This document shows, piece by piece, positions 12,250-24,483 of a stretch of 64,000 nt of DNA. Made by a program: the position numbers and the translations under genes. Numbering within the stretch: the stretch's first letter is position 1; each line of letters begins with the position of its first letter. The notes under the pieces were generated by a model. That model saw only the letters and a program-made list of their open reading frames with translations. It was not told the DNA's origin and made no database searches. Source of the DNA: an uncultured Actinomycetes bacterium (GTDB lineage Bacteria > Actinomycetota > Thermoleophilia > RBG-16-64-13); contig CAWJDT010000005.1 in assembly GCA_963841735.1 (NCBI GenBank), forward strand, positions 160,001 through 224,000. Reading direction: 5' to 3'.

Positions 12250-13693
12250 GTGCCCGACCGCTATCACATCCACACCGCCGCCACGGCTCCCCGATTCCAC
12301 CGGGTGGGCAAGTTCGGCAACGTCGACTGGCGCGAGGACTGCTCGCGCTGCACCAACTGCGTCAAGCTCCGCTGCCTCTACGACGTCTACAAGCACGAGG
12401 CCGCGTACAACCGCGACCCGCTCGTCTCGGTCGACACGCTCAACGAATGCAAGTCCTGCCTGTCGTGCGTCCAGGGCTGCACCAAAGGCCTGCTGAGCGT
12501 CTCGGTCAACCCCGAGTATCCTCGCCATGGGCGACGAATACTGGAAGCCCGACATCCTGCTCACCACCTGGAACCAGGCCGACAACGGCAAGAGTCCCCG
12601 TCTCGGGCGCCGGCTACCGCGGGCGCTTCCACGGCCCGGGCTTCGACTCCATCTGGACCGACATGTCGGAGATCGTCCGCCCCACCCGCGACGGCATCCA
12701 CGGACGCGAATACATCTCCACCTCGGTGGACATCGGCACCAAGCCTATGCGTCTGCAGCTTCGCCGCCGACGGCAGTCTGCTCACTCCGCCTTCGCGCCT
12801 TGTGGAGCTGCAGCTCCCGGCCGTCCTGGACATGCCGGGCTGGCCCGTGGAGAGTCGCGACCTCTGGCCGCGGCCCGGGCAGAGGCGGCCGCGCAGCTGA
12901 AGACCCTGGCGGTGATGACGGCCGCCGAGGCCTCCCTGGTGCCGGCCGAGCTACTCGCGTCGGTGCGTGCCCCTGGTCAGCGAAACCGAAGCCGAGAGCC
13001 ACGGGCAGCTGCTCGACCAAGTGCGTCATGGCCCAGATCGCCGATCGCCGGCCACGGCCGGCCGGGCGACCTTGCCCGCAAGTTGCAGGCACGCCCACCC
13101 GCGGTTGCTGGTCGCCGTCCGCATGGAACTCCGCCCCAACAGTGCCGACCGCATCATCGAACTGAGCCGGCAGGGCATCGGGGTCTTCCAGTTGTGCGCC
13201 GACCTGCACGGGCGCGAGCGCCTGGAGAACGGCAGGCGCCGGCCGGCACATCAAGGACGCTATGCGCGAAGTCCACGGCCGGCTGGTCACGGCGGGCCTG
13301 CGCGACGAGGTGACGTCTGATCGTCTCCGGCGGCATCGCGCTGGCCGAGCACATGGCCAAGGCCATCATCTGCGGGGCCGACCTCGTGGCGGTGGACACA
13401 CCGCTCCTGGTCGCCCTGGGCTGCCGCGTCTGCGGTGGCGGCGGCGACTGCGACTCGGGCACGCGACTGCCCGGTGGACATCGGTTCGGCTCGATGCCGA
13501 CTACGCCGTCCACAGGATGGTGAATCTGATGGGCGCGTGGCACAGCCAGCTCATCGAGGTGCTCGGGGCTATGGGCATCCGCGAAGTCCGCCGCCTGCGG
13601 GGCGAAGTGGGACGAGCCATCTTCATGGAAGACATCGAGAAGGAGGCCTTCGGCGATCTCGCCCACGTGCCTCAGACTGAGGTGCACGCATGA
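12250..13693 (+). CDS. Glutamate-synthase-related FMN-barrel protein with N-terminal ferredoxin, degenerate barrel (frameshifted)
   Basis: CSRCTNCVKLRC and CKSCLSCVQGC; VSGAGYRG, GFDSIWTDMSEIVRPTRDGIHGREYI; SGGIALAEHMAKAIICGAD; MGIREVRRLRGEVGR. Confidence 0.75.
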
Positions 13694-15342
13694 CCACCGA
13701 CACAGCGATCCGCCCCGAAACCCCGGCTGAGGCCCCGGCTGCGGCTGCCGGCCGACGCGCCGCCGAGATCGCGGGCAACAGCGATTGGCCGCAAGGAGCA
13801 GGTGGAGCGCGCGAGTCCAGCCGGCCCCCGATCGCTACCGCAACGTCCTCGGCAAGTACAAGATCGACCGTCTGGCCCGCTGCCAGTCCTGCGGGCACTG
13901 CGTGGAGGTCTGCCAGTACGGCGTGCACGTCAAGCCCGAAGGCTACGCGTTCACCCTGCGCCCGCAGGACCACCTCTGCATCGGCCCCGAGTGCGCCGAG
14001 AGCGACAAGTCCTGCATCGCCCAGTGCCCGCAGAAGGCCCTCGTCCTGCGCCCCAACCCCAGTGCCGAGTGCATGGGCGATCCGCGCTGGCCGAGCGATC
14101 TGATCCTCTCCACCTGGCATCAGGCCGCCACCGGGCATGCCGCGCCGCCGCATCTCGAAGGCCGGTTCGGCGCCTCGGGCGGCGGGTTCGACCGGCTGCG
14201 CTTCAAGTTCGAACTGCCCGAGATCTTCGGCGAGGGTCCCGACAAGCTGGCGCCCACCGGTCGAGGCCGCGTCCCCGACCGACGCGGCCGACATCGACAC
14301 CAGCCTGGATCTCAACCACGAGCGACGACGGCCGGCCGCAGGTGCACATCGACATCCCCGTGTACGGCGGCGGCATGAGCTTCGGCTCGGTGAGCATCCA
14401 CACCATCCTCGCCAAGGCCCGCGCGGCCGACGGCCTGGAACAGCTTCACCTGCACCGGCGAGGGCGGCTATCACGACCGCCTCCGGCCCTACGACGACCA
14501 CGTGATCACCCAGGTGGCCACCGGGCTCTTCGGCGTGCGCGAGGAGACCATCCAGCGGGTGCGCATCGTGGAGTTCAAGTACGCCCAGGGCGCCAAGCCC
14601 GGTCTGGGCGGCCACCTCTTGGGCGACAAGAACACTCCCCCGGTGGCCCGCATGCGCGAGGCCGTGGCCGGCAACGCGCTGTTCAGCCCCTTCCCCTTCC
14701 ACAGCGTCTACAGCGTCGAGGACCACAAGAAGCACCTCGACTGGATCAAGGAGATCAACCCCGACTGCCTGGTGAGCGTGAAGGTCTCCACCCCCACCGA
14801 CGTCGACATGGTCGCCGTGGGCAGCTACTACGCCGGGGCGCACATCGTCCACCTGGACGGCAGCTACGGCGGCACCGGCGCGGCGCCCGACATCGCCAAG
14901 AAGAACATCGCCATGCCCATCGAGTACGCCATCCCCAAGGTGCACAAGTTCCTGGTGGCCGAGGGCATCCGCGACCAGATCACGCTCATCGCCTCGGGCG
15001 GCGTCCGCACGGCGCTACGACGCGCTGAAGGCCATCGCCCTGGGCGCCGACGGCGTGGTCATCGGCACCGCCGAGATGGTGGCCCTGGGCTGCGTCCGCT
15101 GCGCCTGCTGCGAGAGCGGCCGCGGCTGCCCGCGCGGCATCGCCACCACCGACCCCGAACTGGTGGCGCAGATGAGCATGGAGTGGGCCACGCAGCGCCT
15201 CATCAACCTCCAGAACGCCTGGCGGGAGCAGATGCTGGCCGTGCTGGCGCGCCTGGGCATGAAGTCCATCCGCGAGCTGCGAGGCCGCAGCGACGTGCTC
15301 TGCTACCTCGACGAGCGAGCACGGCTCCGGCCGGGGAGGTGA
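13690..15342 (+). CDS. Glutamate synthase FMN-binding subunit with N-terminal ferredoxin (frameshifted)
   Basis: CQSCGHCVEVC; GGGMSFGSVS, TGEGG, QVATGLFGV, EFKYAQGAKPGLGGHL, LDGSYGGTGAAP, ASGG; CVRCACCESGRGCPRGIATTDP. Confidence 0.85.
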
Positions 15343-15347
15343 GCGTC

Positions 15348-17972
15348 GTGAGCGATCTTCGCCGAACGCCTACTGGCCGCCCGCTCGCAGGTCTACACCG
15401 GCCCGAGACCGGCCGGCTCCGACCCTGTCGAGGAGGGCGGCTGCGGAGTCACCGGCTTCGCCTGCACCGTGCCGGTGAAGGGGCGCCACATCTACGAGCC
15501 CTCCAAGCAGATGCAGAACCGCGGCAACGGCAAGGGCGGCGGCATCGCCGCCGCGGGCCTGGTGCCCGAGCAGCTGGGCATCTCCGCCGACATGCTCGAG
15601 AGCCACTACCTGCTGCAGATCGCCCTGCTCGACCCCGACTGCCACGCCGAGTTGGAGCGGCAGTTCGTGCTGCCCCACTTCGACGTCGCCCTGTCCACCC
15701 GGCAGCCCCACATCGACGACTATCGCGACATCGGGCCTGGAGGTCCGGCCGCCCGACGTGCACCGCTACGTGGTGCGCGCCAAACCGAGCGCCCTCAAGG
15801 CCTTCGCCGAAGCGGCCGGGCTGCAGGACCTGGAGCCGCGCGCGCTCGAAGACGAGTTCGTGTGGCGCAACTCGTACGCAGCTCAACGACGCCTACTACG
15901 CCTCGCTCGGCGAGAAACGCGCCTTCGTGCTGTCGCACTCGCGCAACCTGCTCATCTTCAAGACTGGTGGGCTACGCCGAGCAGAACGTGGAGTACTACC
16001 AGCTGCAGGACTTCAGCGCCCACGTGTGGATCGCCCATCAGCGCTATCCGACCAAGGGCCGCGTGTGGCACCCGGGTGGCGCCCACCCCTTCGTGGGCAT
16101 GAACGAGGCCCTGGTGCACAACGGCGACTTCGCCAACTACCACTCGGTCAGCGAGTACCTGCGCCAGCGCAACATCCGGCAGCAGTTCCTCACCGACACC
16201 GAGGTCTCGGTGCAGCTCTTCGACCTGTGGGACCGTGTCTATCGACTATCCGCTGGAGTACATCATCGAGGCGCTGGCCCCCACCACCGAGCTGGACTTC
16301 GACCAGTTGCCGCCCGAGAAGCAGGCCATCTACCGAGAGATCCAGGCCACCCACATCCACGCCTCGCCCGACGGGCCCTGGTTCTTCATCATCGCCCGCA
16401 GCCAGGGCGACCGCTTCCAGCTCATGGGCATCACCGACACGGCCATGCTGCGGCCGCAGGTCTTCGCGCTCTCCGACAGCGGCGAGGTCCAGATCGGCCT
16501 CATCTGCTCCGAGAAGCAGGCCATCGACGCGACCCTGCGCAGCCTCGCCGAGGAAGACCCGCGCTTCTGCCCGGTGGCCGACAAGTACTGGAACGCGCGC
16601 GGCGGCTCGTCCACCGACGGGGGCGCCTTCATCTTCACCGTGGCGCCGGAATGGTGACGCCGGCCAGCATGCGGCTCTCCTGCACCGACAAGTTCGGCCG
16701 CGAGGTCACCTGCAGCGCCGGCTCGGTGCGCTGCGACCTGCCCGCTCGATGTCAACGACTCGTCGGACGCGGCTGCCCCGTCGAGCTCTTCAGCGCCGAC
16801 GAGGTGCAGGAGAAGCTCCGCAGAGGCGACCTCGACGCCCTCTTCGCCTCGGTGCGAGACATCGGCTCCTGGCCGGCCGACCAGCTGCGCCGCTTCTGCC
16901 AGTACGTGCTGGCCGCGGCCGACGACCCCAAGACGTGCCTGTCGGCCATCGATCCTGCTCACCGATCTGCACGACCGCCGCTTCGCGACCGGCGACAAGC
17001 GGCGCGCGACCGTGGTCCGCGTCCTCGAAGACGCCCTCGACCAGTTGTTCGACACCGCTCCGCTCTTCGGCGAGCCGGGCAATCGCTTCTGGCGACGGAT
17101 CAACTGGGACACCCGCGATCGTCTGCAGGCCCCGCAGGCCGGCGAAGAGCTGCTCTGCATCGACAGCCAGGGCTTCCCGCCCGAAGGCGACGACTGCGAC
17201 GCGGTGCTCATGCGCGAGGCCTACAAGCTGGGCTGGAAGCACTTCTGCGTCTATCGCCTGCGCGGCCAGCGCTTCCATGGCGTGGGTCTGGGCGCGGCCA
17301 CCGACGGCGTGCGCATCGACCTCTACGGCTCCAACGGCGACTACACCGCCAGCGGCATGGACGGCCTCGAGATGCACATCCACGGCAACGCCCAGGACCA
17401 GGTGGCTCAGATCGCCAAGCGCGGCAAGCTGGTCATCTACGGCGACGTCGGGCAGACCTTCATGTACGGCGCCAAGGGCGGTGAGGTCTTCATCCTGGGC
17501 AACGGGGCGGGCCGGCCGCTCATCAACGCGGTGGGACGGCCGCGGGTGGTCATCAACGGCACCTGTCTGGACTTCCTGGCGGAGTCGTTCATGGCCGGCG
17601 ACCCCCTGAACGGCGGCGGCTTCGTGATCCTGAACGGCGTCGAGTTCGACGACGACGGCGAGCATCGTCCCCCAGGCGACTCCCTACCCGGGCAGCAACC
17701 TGTTCTCGCTGGCCAGCGGCGGCGCCATCTACATCCGCGACCCTCACAACAAGGTGGTCGAGCGGCAGCTCAACGGCGGGGTGTTCTCGCCCCTGGACGA
17801 CAAGGACTGGCGCCTCATCCGCGGCTACCTGGAAGAGAACGAGCGTCTCTTCGGCATCAAAGTGCAGGACCTCCTGACGGTGGATGGCCAGGTCCGGGCC
17901 CCGCAGGATGTCTATCGCAAGGTCAGCGCGGTCACGCTGTCGGTGCTGGCCGGATCGGAGAAGAAGAAATGA
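15348..17972 (+). CDS. Fused class II glutamine amidotransferase + GXGXG domain glutamate-synthase-like subunit (frameshifted)
   Basis: EEGGCGVTG, NRGNGKGGG, AHQRYPTKG...GGAHPF, VHNGDFANY, TDTE, DTAMLRPQ, then GDVGQTFMYGAKGG and DFLAESFMAG. Confidence 0.8.
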
Positions 17973-17978
17973 CCCCCG

Positions 17979-18538
17979 GTGACCATAGAGATCAACACCA
18001 TCGGCGGGAGCCTGGCCGACGAGCTCAAGGCGCTGACCGGCGTCTCCCCCATGAGCTGCTACCAGTGCACCAAGTGCTCCAGCGGCTGCCCCGTGGCCGG
18101 CCGCGGCGATCTGCGGTCGCACGAGCTGGTGCGGCTGGTGCAGATGGACCAGCGCGAGGCGGTACTCTCCAGCCGCTTCATCTGGGAGTGCACCTCTTGC
18201 CATACCTGCGTCACCCGCTGCCCGCAGAAGGTGGACATCTGCGCCATGAACGACGCGCTCCGCGCTCTCAGCGTCAAAGAGGGACTGGCGACGCCGAGCA
18301 CGGCCGTGCCGGTGTTCAACGACGCGTTCCTGGCGAGCGTCCGCAAGCGCGGGCGCGTGCACGAGTTGGGCCTGATGGCGGCCTTCAAGCTGCGTACCCG
18401 GCGCTTCTTCGAAGACGTCGACAAGGCCCCCATGATGCTGTCCAAGGGCAAGCTGTCGCTGTTCGGCGACCGGGTCGCTGGGCGCAGCGAGCGCGAGAAG
18501 CTCTTCAGCCGGGCGAGCAAAGGCGGTGCGAGCGATGA
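17979..18538 (+). CDS. hdrC: Heterodisulfide reductase subunit C-like
   Basis: [12 protein letters not shown] and [15 protein letters not shown]; [17 protein letters not shown] overlap with hdrB. Confidence 0.88.
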
Positions 18539-19403
18539 AATACACGTTCTACCCTGGCTGTTCGCTGGAAGGCACCGCCAAGGACTTCCACAGTCTCAAC
18601 GCTGGCGGTGGCGGCCGGGCTGGGGCTCGAGCTGGCCGAGATGCAGGACTGGATCTGCTGCGGCTCCACTGCCGCCCACAACAGCAATCCACTCCTGGCC
18701 GACGCCCTGCCGGCGCAGAACCTGCGCGCGGCCGAGGGCCAACCGGTCGCGGTGGCCTGTGCCGCCTGCTACAGCCGCCTCAAGATGGCCAACCACCACA
18801 TCGCCGGCCGACGACAACCGTGCGCGCCAAGGTCGCCGAAGTGGTGGGCGGCGACTACGACGGACTCACCCCGGTGCGGCACCTGCTGGAGATCCTGGGC
18901 CAGGACATGGCGCGAGAAGACATCGCCGCGAAGATCCGCCAGCCCCTGACCGGGCTCAAGGTGGCCTGCTACTACGGCTGCCTGCTGTCGCGTCCGCCGG
19001 AGATAACGCAGTTCGACGACGCCGAGAACCCCACTCTCATGGACAAGCTCCTGGAGACGGCCGGGGCCACCCCCGTCGACTGGCCGCACAAGACCGAGTG
19101 CTGCGGCGCCAGCTTCTCCATCACCGATGCGAGCATCGTGCTCGAGCTGAGCGACAAGATCCTCGCTATGGCGCAGGCCGCCGGCGTGGACTGCATCGCC
19201 ACCGCCTGCCCGCTCTGCCAGCTCAACCTGGACATGAGGCAAAAGGACATCGAGACCAAGTACGGGCGCCGCTACGGCCTGCCCGTGTTCTACTTCACGC
19301 AACTGCTGGGCCTGGCCCTGGGCTGTTCGCCGAGCGAGGTGTCGCTCGACAGCCTGATAGTCGATCCACGAGAGTTGCTCCGATCCAAAGGATCTGCTCG
19401 TGA
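18535..19403 (+). CDS. hdrB: Heterodisulfide reductase subunit B-like (frameshifted)
   Basis: [49 protein letters not shown] and [12 protein letters not shown]. Confidence 0.9.
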
Positions 19404-19416
19404 ACGAGGCGGGACG

Positions 19417-22400
19417 ATGAGCACTAGCAACGGTAACAACGGAAACGGAAACGGCGACCCCGTGGCCCCGGTCGCCACCCCGGAAGCCCTCGGCGCCGCG
19501 CCTGAGGCTGTGGGCGCTGCGCCTGAGGCTGTGGGCGCTGTCCTGGTCTGCGGCGCCGGCATCACCGGCATCCAGGCTTCGCTCGACCTGGCCGAGAGTG
19601 GCTTCAAGGTCTACTTGGTGGACTCCTCGCCCGCTATCGGCGGCAGGATGGCCCAACTCGACAAGACCTTCCCCACCGGCGACTGCGCCATGTGCATCAT
19701 CTCGCCCAAGCTGGTCGAGGTGCGCCCGCAACAAGAACATCGAGATCATCACGCTGGCCGACATCCAAGGCATCTCGGGTGAGCCGGGCAACTTCAAGGT
19801 GAAGCTGCGCCAGAACCCGCGCTACATCGACCTGGCCAAGTGCAACGCCTGCGGCGACTGCAACCTGGCCTGCCCGGTGGACCTGCCCAGCGAGTTCGAC
19901 CGCAACCTGGGTACGCGCAAGGCGGTGTTCCGCCCCTACCCACAGGCCATTCCCAACGTGTTCGGCATCTCCAAGGCCGAGGGCAAGGCGCCCTGCAAGG
20001 CCGCCTGCCCCGCCGGCGTGAATGCCCAGGGCTACGTGGCCCTCATCGGCGCCTCGCAAGTTCAAGGAAGCCTACGAGCTGGTGCGCGAGCGTTGCCCTC
20101 TCCCCTCTGCGTGCGGGCGCGTCTGCCAGCATCCCTGTGAGGACGAGTGCAACCGTAGCGACATCGACCAGCCGGTGTCCATCCGTGATCTCAAGCGGTT
20201 TGCCGGCGACTACGTCATGAACAACCCCGAGGGCTGTCCCCCGGTCGCGACCCTCGTCGCCAAACTTGATAGCAAGGTCGCCGTTATCGGTGGTGGCCCC
20301 GCCGGTCTGACCGCGGCCTACGATCTGGCCCAACTGGGCTACGGAGTGACCTTGTTCGAGGCCCAGCCGCATCTGGGCGGCATGCTGCGCTACGGCATCC
20401 CCGGCTATCGCCTGCCCAAGGACGTCCTTGAGCGGGAGATCCAGTCGATCCTCGACCTGGGCATCGAAGCCAAGACGGGCACCAAGGTGTCCGATCCCAA
20501 GAGCCTGCTCGACTCGGGGTTCAAAGCCGTGTTCGCGGCCCCAGGCGCGTGGATCGGCCGCAAGCTGGGCGTGCCCGGCGAAGAAGCCTCGGGCGTGCGG
20601 ACGGGTCTGGAGTTTCTCCGCCAAGTGAACAGCGGCGAGACGCCCGCTCTCGGCGCGAAGGTGTTGGTCATCGGCGGCGGCGACGTCGCCATGGACGCGG
20701 CCCGCTGCGCTCTGCGCATGCCCGGCGTCAACTCGGTGCACCTGGCCTGCCTGGAGAGCCGCGCAGAGATGCCGGCCCACTCCTGGGAAGCGGCCGAGGC
20801 GCTTGAGGAAGGCGTGGTGTTCCACAACAGCCTCGGCCCGACGAGCATCGAGACCGGCGGCGACAAGGTCACGGGCGTAGCCTTCAGAGCCTGCACCAGC
20901 GTGTTCAACGACGAGGGCAAGTTCGCTCCCCAGTTCGACGATGCCAAGACGGAGCTTCTGCCCGCCGACACGGTCATCGTGACCATCGGCCAAGGCATCG
21001 ACGCCGCCGGACTCGGCGTAGCCACCGGCCCCGGCGGGCGCATCACAGCCGACAAAGACACCCTTGCCACCGACGTCGCCCGGCGTGTTCGCCGGCGGCG
21101 ATGCCGTGCTGGGCCCGGCCTCCATGGTCGACGCCATGGCCCAGGGCCACAAGGCCGCTGAGGCCATCGACGCGTACATACGAGGCGTCAAGCTGCCCCA
21201 GTCCCCGGCTTCGGCCGAGGCAGAAGCGGAGACTGGCCAAGAACCCCCGGCCCGACGCTCCCCGCGCGGACCGCGTCAAGATGCCCCAGACCGAAGCGGC
21301 CACGCGGGTGGCCGGCTTCGTCGAGATCGACCAGGGCTACAGCGTCGAACAAGCCGTGGCCGAAGCCCAGCGCTGCCTGGACTGTGGTCTTTGCAGCGAG
21401 TGCATGCAATGCGTCAAGGCCTGCACCGCCGGCGCCGTCTGCCACGACCAGCTGTCCAGAAGAGATCGAGATCGCCGCCGGTAGCGTGATCCTCACCCCC
21501 GGTTTCGAGGAGTTCCAGCCGGCTCTCCGTGGCGAGTTCGGCCACGGTCGCTACGCCAACGTGCTTTCGAGCGTCCAGTTCGAGCGCATGCTCTCGGCTG
21601 CGGGTCCCACCGGCGGCCACGTGGAGCGGCCTTCGGACGGCGGCGAGGTCAGAACGCGTCGGCTTCATCCAGTGCGTGGGCAGTCGTGATACCGCCCGCG
21701 GCAACGGCTACTGCTCGTCCATCTGCTGCATGAGCGCCACCAAAGAGGCGATGATCGCCATCGAACACGCTCACGGCCAGCACGACGTCGACGCCACCAT
21801 CTTCTGCATGGATGTCCGCGCGTTCGGCAAGGAGTTCGACGCCTACGTCAACCGGGCCCGCGACGAGAACGGTGTGAAGTACATCCGGGCGATTCCCTCC
21901 CGCGTGGTCGAGATGCCCGGCAGCAAGAACCCGCGAGTGCGCTACTTCGACCAGGACGGCGTCGAGCAGCAACCAGGAGTTCGACCTAGTGGTTCTGAGC
22001 GTGGGCATGCAGGTTCCGGCCAGCGTGCGCGAGACGGCCGGCAAGCTAGGCGTCGATCTAAACGAGTTCGGCTTCGCCCAGACCGAGCGGCTGGCCCCAC
22101 TGGCCACCACCAAGCCCGGCCTGTATGTGGCCGGAGCCTTCCAGGAACCCAAGGACATCCCCGAGTCGGTGGCCCAGGCCTCCGCGGCCGCGGCGTGCGC
22201 CATGGACCAGTTGGCCGAGGCGCGTGGAAATCTCATAACGCGCCGCGAGTACCCGTGGGAGCGTGACACCACCGACGAACCGCCCCGGGTAGGCGTGTTC
22301 ATCTGCCACTGCGGACAGAACATCGCCTCGGTCATCGATGTGAAGCACGTGGCCCAAGAGGCCACCAAGCTGCCCAACGTCTTCCATGCCGAAGCGAGTC

Positions 22401-23972
22401 TCTACACCTGCTCCGACACCACCCAGCAGCACATCAAGGACATGATCAAGGAGCACCGGCTCAACCGGCTGGTGGTGGCCTCCTGCACACCGCGCACACA
22501 CGAGGTCCTCTTCCAGGAGACGCTGCGCGACAGCGGACTCAACCAATACCTGTTCTCTATGGCCAACATCCGCGACCAGGGGTCATGGGTGCACAAGAAC
22601 GAACCCGTGGCGGCCACCGAGAAGGCCATAGACCTCATGGCCATGGCGGTAGCGCGCGCCCGGCACCTCAAGGCCCTGCAGACCGGCCAACTGCCGGTGA
22701 CGGCTTCGGCGCTCGTGTTGGGCGGCGGGCTGGCCGGCATGACGGCGGCGCTCGGCATCGCCGACCAGGGCTTCCAAGTGCACCTGGTCGAGAAGGAACC
22801 GGTGCTTGGCGGCCTCATGAGCCAGATCCACAGCACCCTGGAGGGCACCGACGTAGAGTCGTTCCGCGCCGCACTGGTGGACAAGGTGCAGACCCATCCG
22901 CTGGTGGACGTCTACCTGAACACCACCCTTGCCCGCATCACCGGGCACATCGGCCACTTCGAGAGCGTGCTTGACGGTGGAGGGGAGTGAGCAGCCGGTG
23001 CACCACGGAGTCATCATCGTGGCCACGGGCGGCCAGGAACGCACCACCGAGCTCTACCTGCACGGCAAGAACCCGCACGTCACCACCCAGAGCAAACTCG
23101 AGGCGCAACTGGCCGCCGGTGAGCTTCCAGCCGAGCTGCAGGGCAGGACCGACCCCACCGTGGTGATGATCCAGTGCGTCGAGAGCCGCAACGACGAGCA
23201 TCCCTACTGCAGCCGGGTGTGCTGCTCGGAGGCGGTCAAGAACGCGCTCGACATCAAGCGCAGGCTCCCCGGCGCCAACGTGGCGGTGCTGGGCCGGGAC
23301 ATCCGCACCTATGGTTTCCGCGAGCTCTTCTTCCAGCAGGCTCGGGAAGAGGGGATCATGTTCGTCCGCTACCCGGAGAAGAACGACCCTGTAGTGGCCG
23401 AGCAAGACGGCCGGCTCCAGGTGACTGTGCACGACGCCTCCAGCAACCGTGACCTGGTGCTGCGGCCCGACTTGCTGGTGCTCTCCACCGGCATCGCCCC
23501 GGCTACGAACAACCCGGTACTGTCTGGCCAACTGCGCAGCGCCCTTACGTCCGACGGCTTCTTCCTAGAGGCGCATCCCAAGCTCCGCCCGGTCGACCTG
23601 GCCAACGAGGGCGAGTACATCTGCGGGCTCTCCCACTCCCCCCGCTTCATGGACGAGACCATCGCCCAGGCCATGGCGGCGGTGGGCCGCGCCACTACGG
23701 TGCTCTCCAAAACACATCTGGAGATCCCCGGCCAGGTGGCCCAGGTGGACCCAACAGACTGCGTGGCCTGCGCCACCTGTGTGAAGACCTGCCCCTACGG
23801 AGCCCCCATGATCAACGAACTGGGCAAGGCTGAGATCCAAGTAGCCCTGTGCATGGGTTGCGGCAGCTGTGCCGCGTCCTGCCCGGCCCGCACCATCACC
23901 CTGCTTCATCAAGAAGACCAGGCGTTGGTGGCCATGCTGGACGAACTGCTGGTGGAAGGAGCGAGGCTATGA
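19417..23972 (+). CDS. hdrA: Large modular HdrA (HdrL-type): HdrA with an inserted GltD/NfnB-like NAD(P)H oxidoreductase plus a second HdrA module (frameshifted)
   Basis: GAGITG...[13 protein letters not shown]; [35 protein letters not shown]; IQCVGSRD...YCSSICC; [29 protein letters not shown]; C-terminal [12 protein letters not shown] and [12 protein letters not shown]. Confidence 0.88.
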
Positions 23973-24481
23973 CCCAGGCCACCACCCCAATGACGCCCTC
24001 GGAGACAACGGAGGCCACCACGGCGGCGACGCCCGCGGCGGCCGCTTGGGAGCCCCAGATCATCGCGTTCTGCTGCAACTACTGCGCCTATGCGGCGGCC
24101 GACCTGGCCGGATCAAAGCGTATGCAATACCCGGCCAACGTGCGGATCATCCACGCGCCCTGCACCGGCAAGATCGAGATGGAGCACATTCTTGACGCCT
24201 TCCTAAAGGGTATCGATGGCATCCTGGTGGCCGGTTGCCTGGAAGGTGGGTGTCACTTCATGGAGGGCAACCTCCGGGCGCGCAAGCGCACCGACCGCAT
24301 CCGCGAGATGTTGGCCGAGGTAGGCGTCGGCGAGGAGAGGCTCAAGATGGTCAACCTGTCGGCCGCCGAGGCTCCCACCTTTGTGAGGAGCGTACAGGAG
24401 ATGGTGAACACGGTCAGAGCGTTGGGACCGAGCCCTCTCAGGAGCTCGAACGAGTCTCAGACGTTGGAAAGCGAAGGTTAA
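23969..24481 (+). CDS. mvhD: MvhD/FlpD [2Fe-2S] subunit
   Basis: AFCCNYCAYAAADLAG...PCTGK...GCLEGGCHFMEGN...ERLKMVNLSAAE. Confidence 0.92.
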   Translation: MTQATTPMTPSETTEATTAATPAAAAWEPQIIAFCCNYCAYAAADLAGSKRMQYPANVRIIHAPCTGKIEMEHILDAFLKGIDGILVAGCLEGGCHFMEGNLRARKRTDRIREMLAEVGVGEERLKMVNLSAAEAPTFVRSVQEMVNTVRALGPSPLRSSNESQTLESEG

Positions 24482-24483
24482 GA

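Noticed and set aside
17979-19782. Apparent HdrC-HdrB and HdrB-HdrA read-through fusions
   Set aside because: An ATGA overlap at 18535 and a separate RBS/ATG at 19417 indicate separate genes with indel errors.
6277-21191. Long antisense ORFs (for example 6277..8283, 13623..14945, 20043..21191)
   Set aside because: These are shadow ORFs expected from high-GC codon bias opposite real genes.
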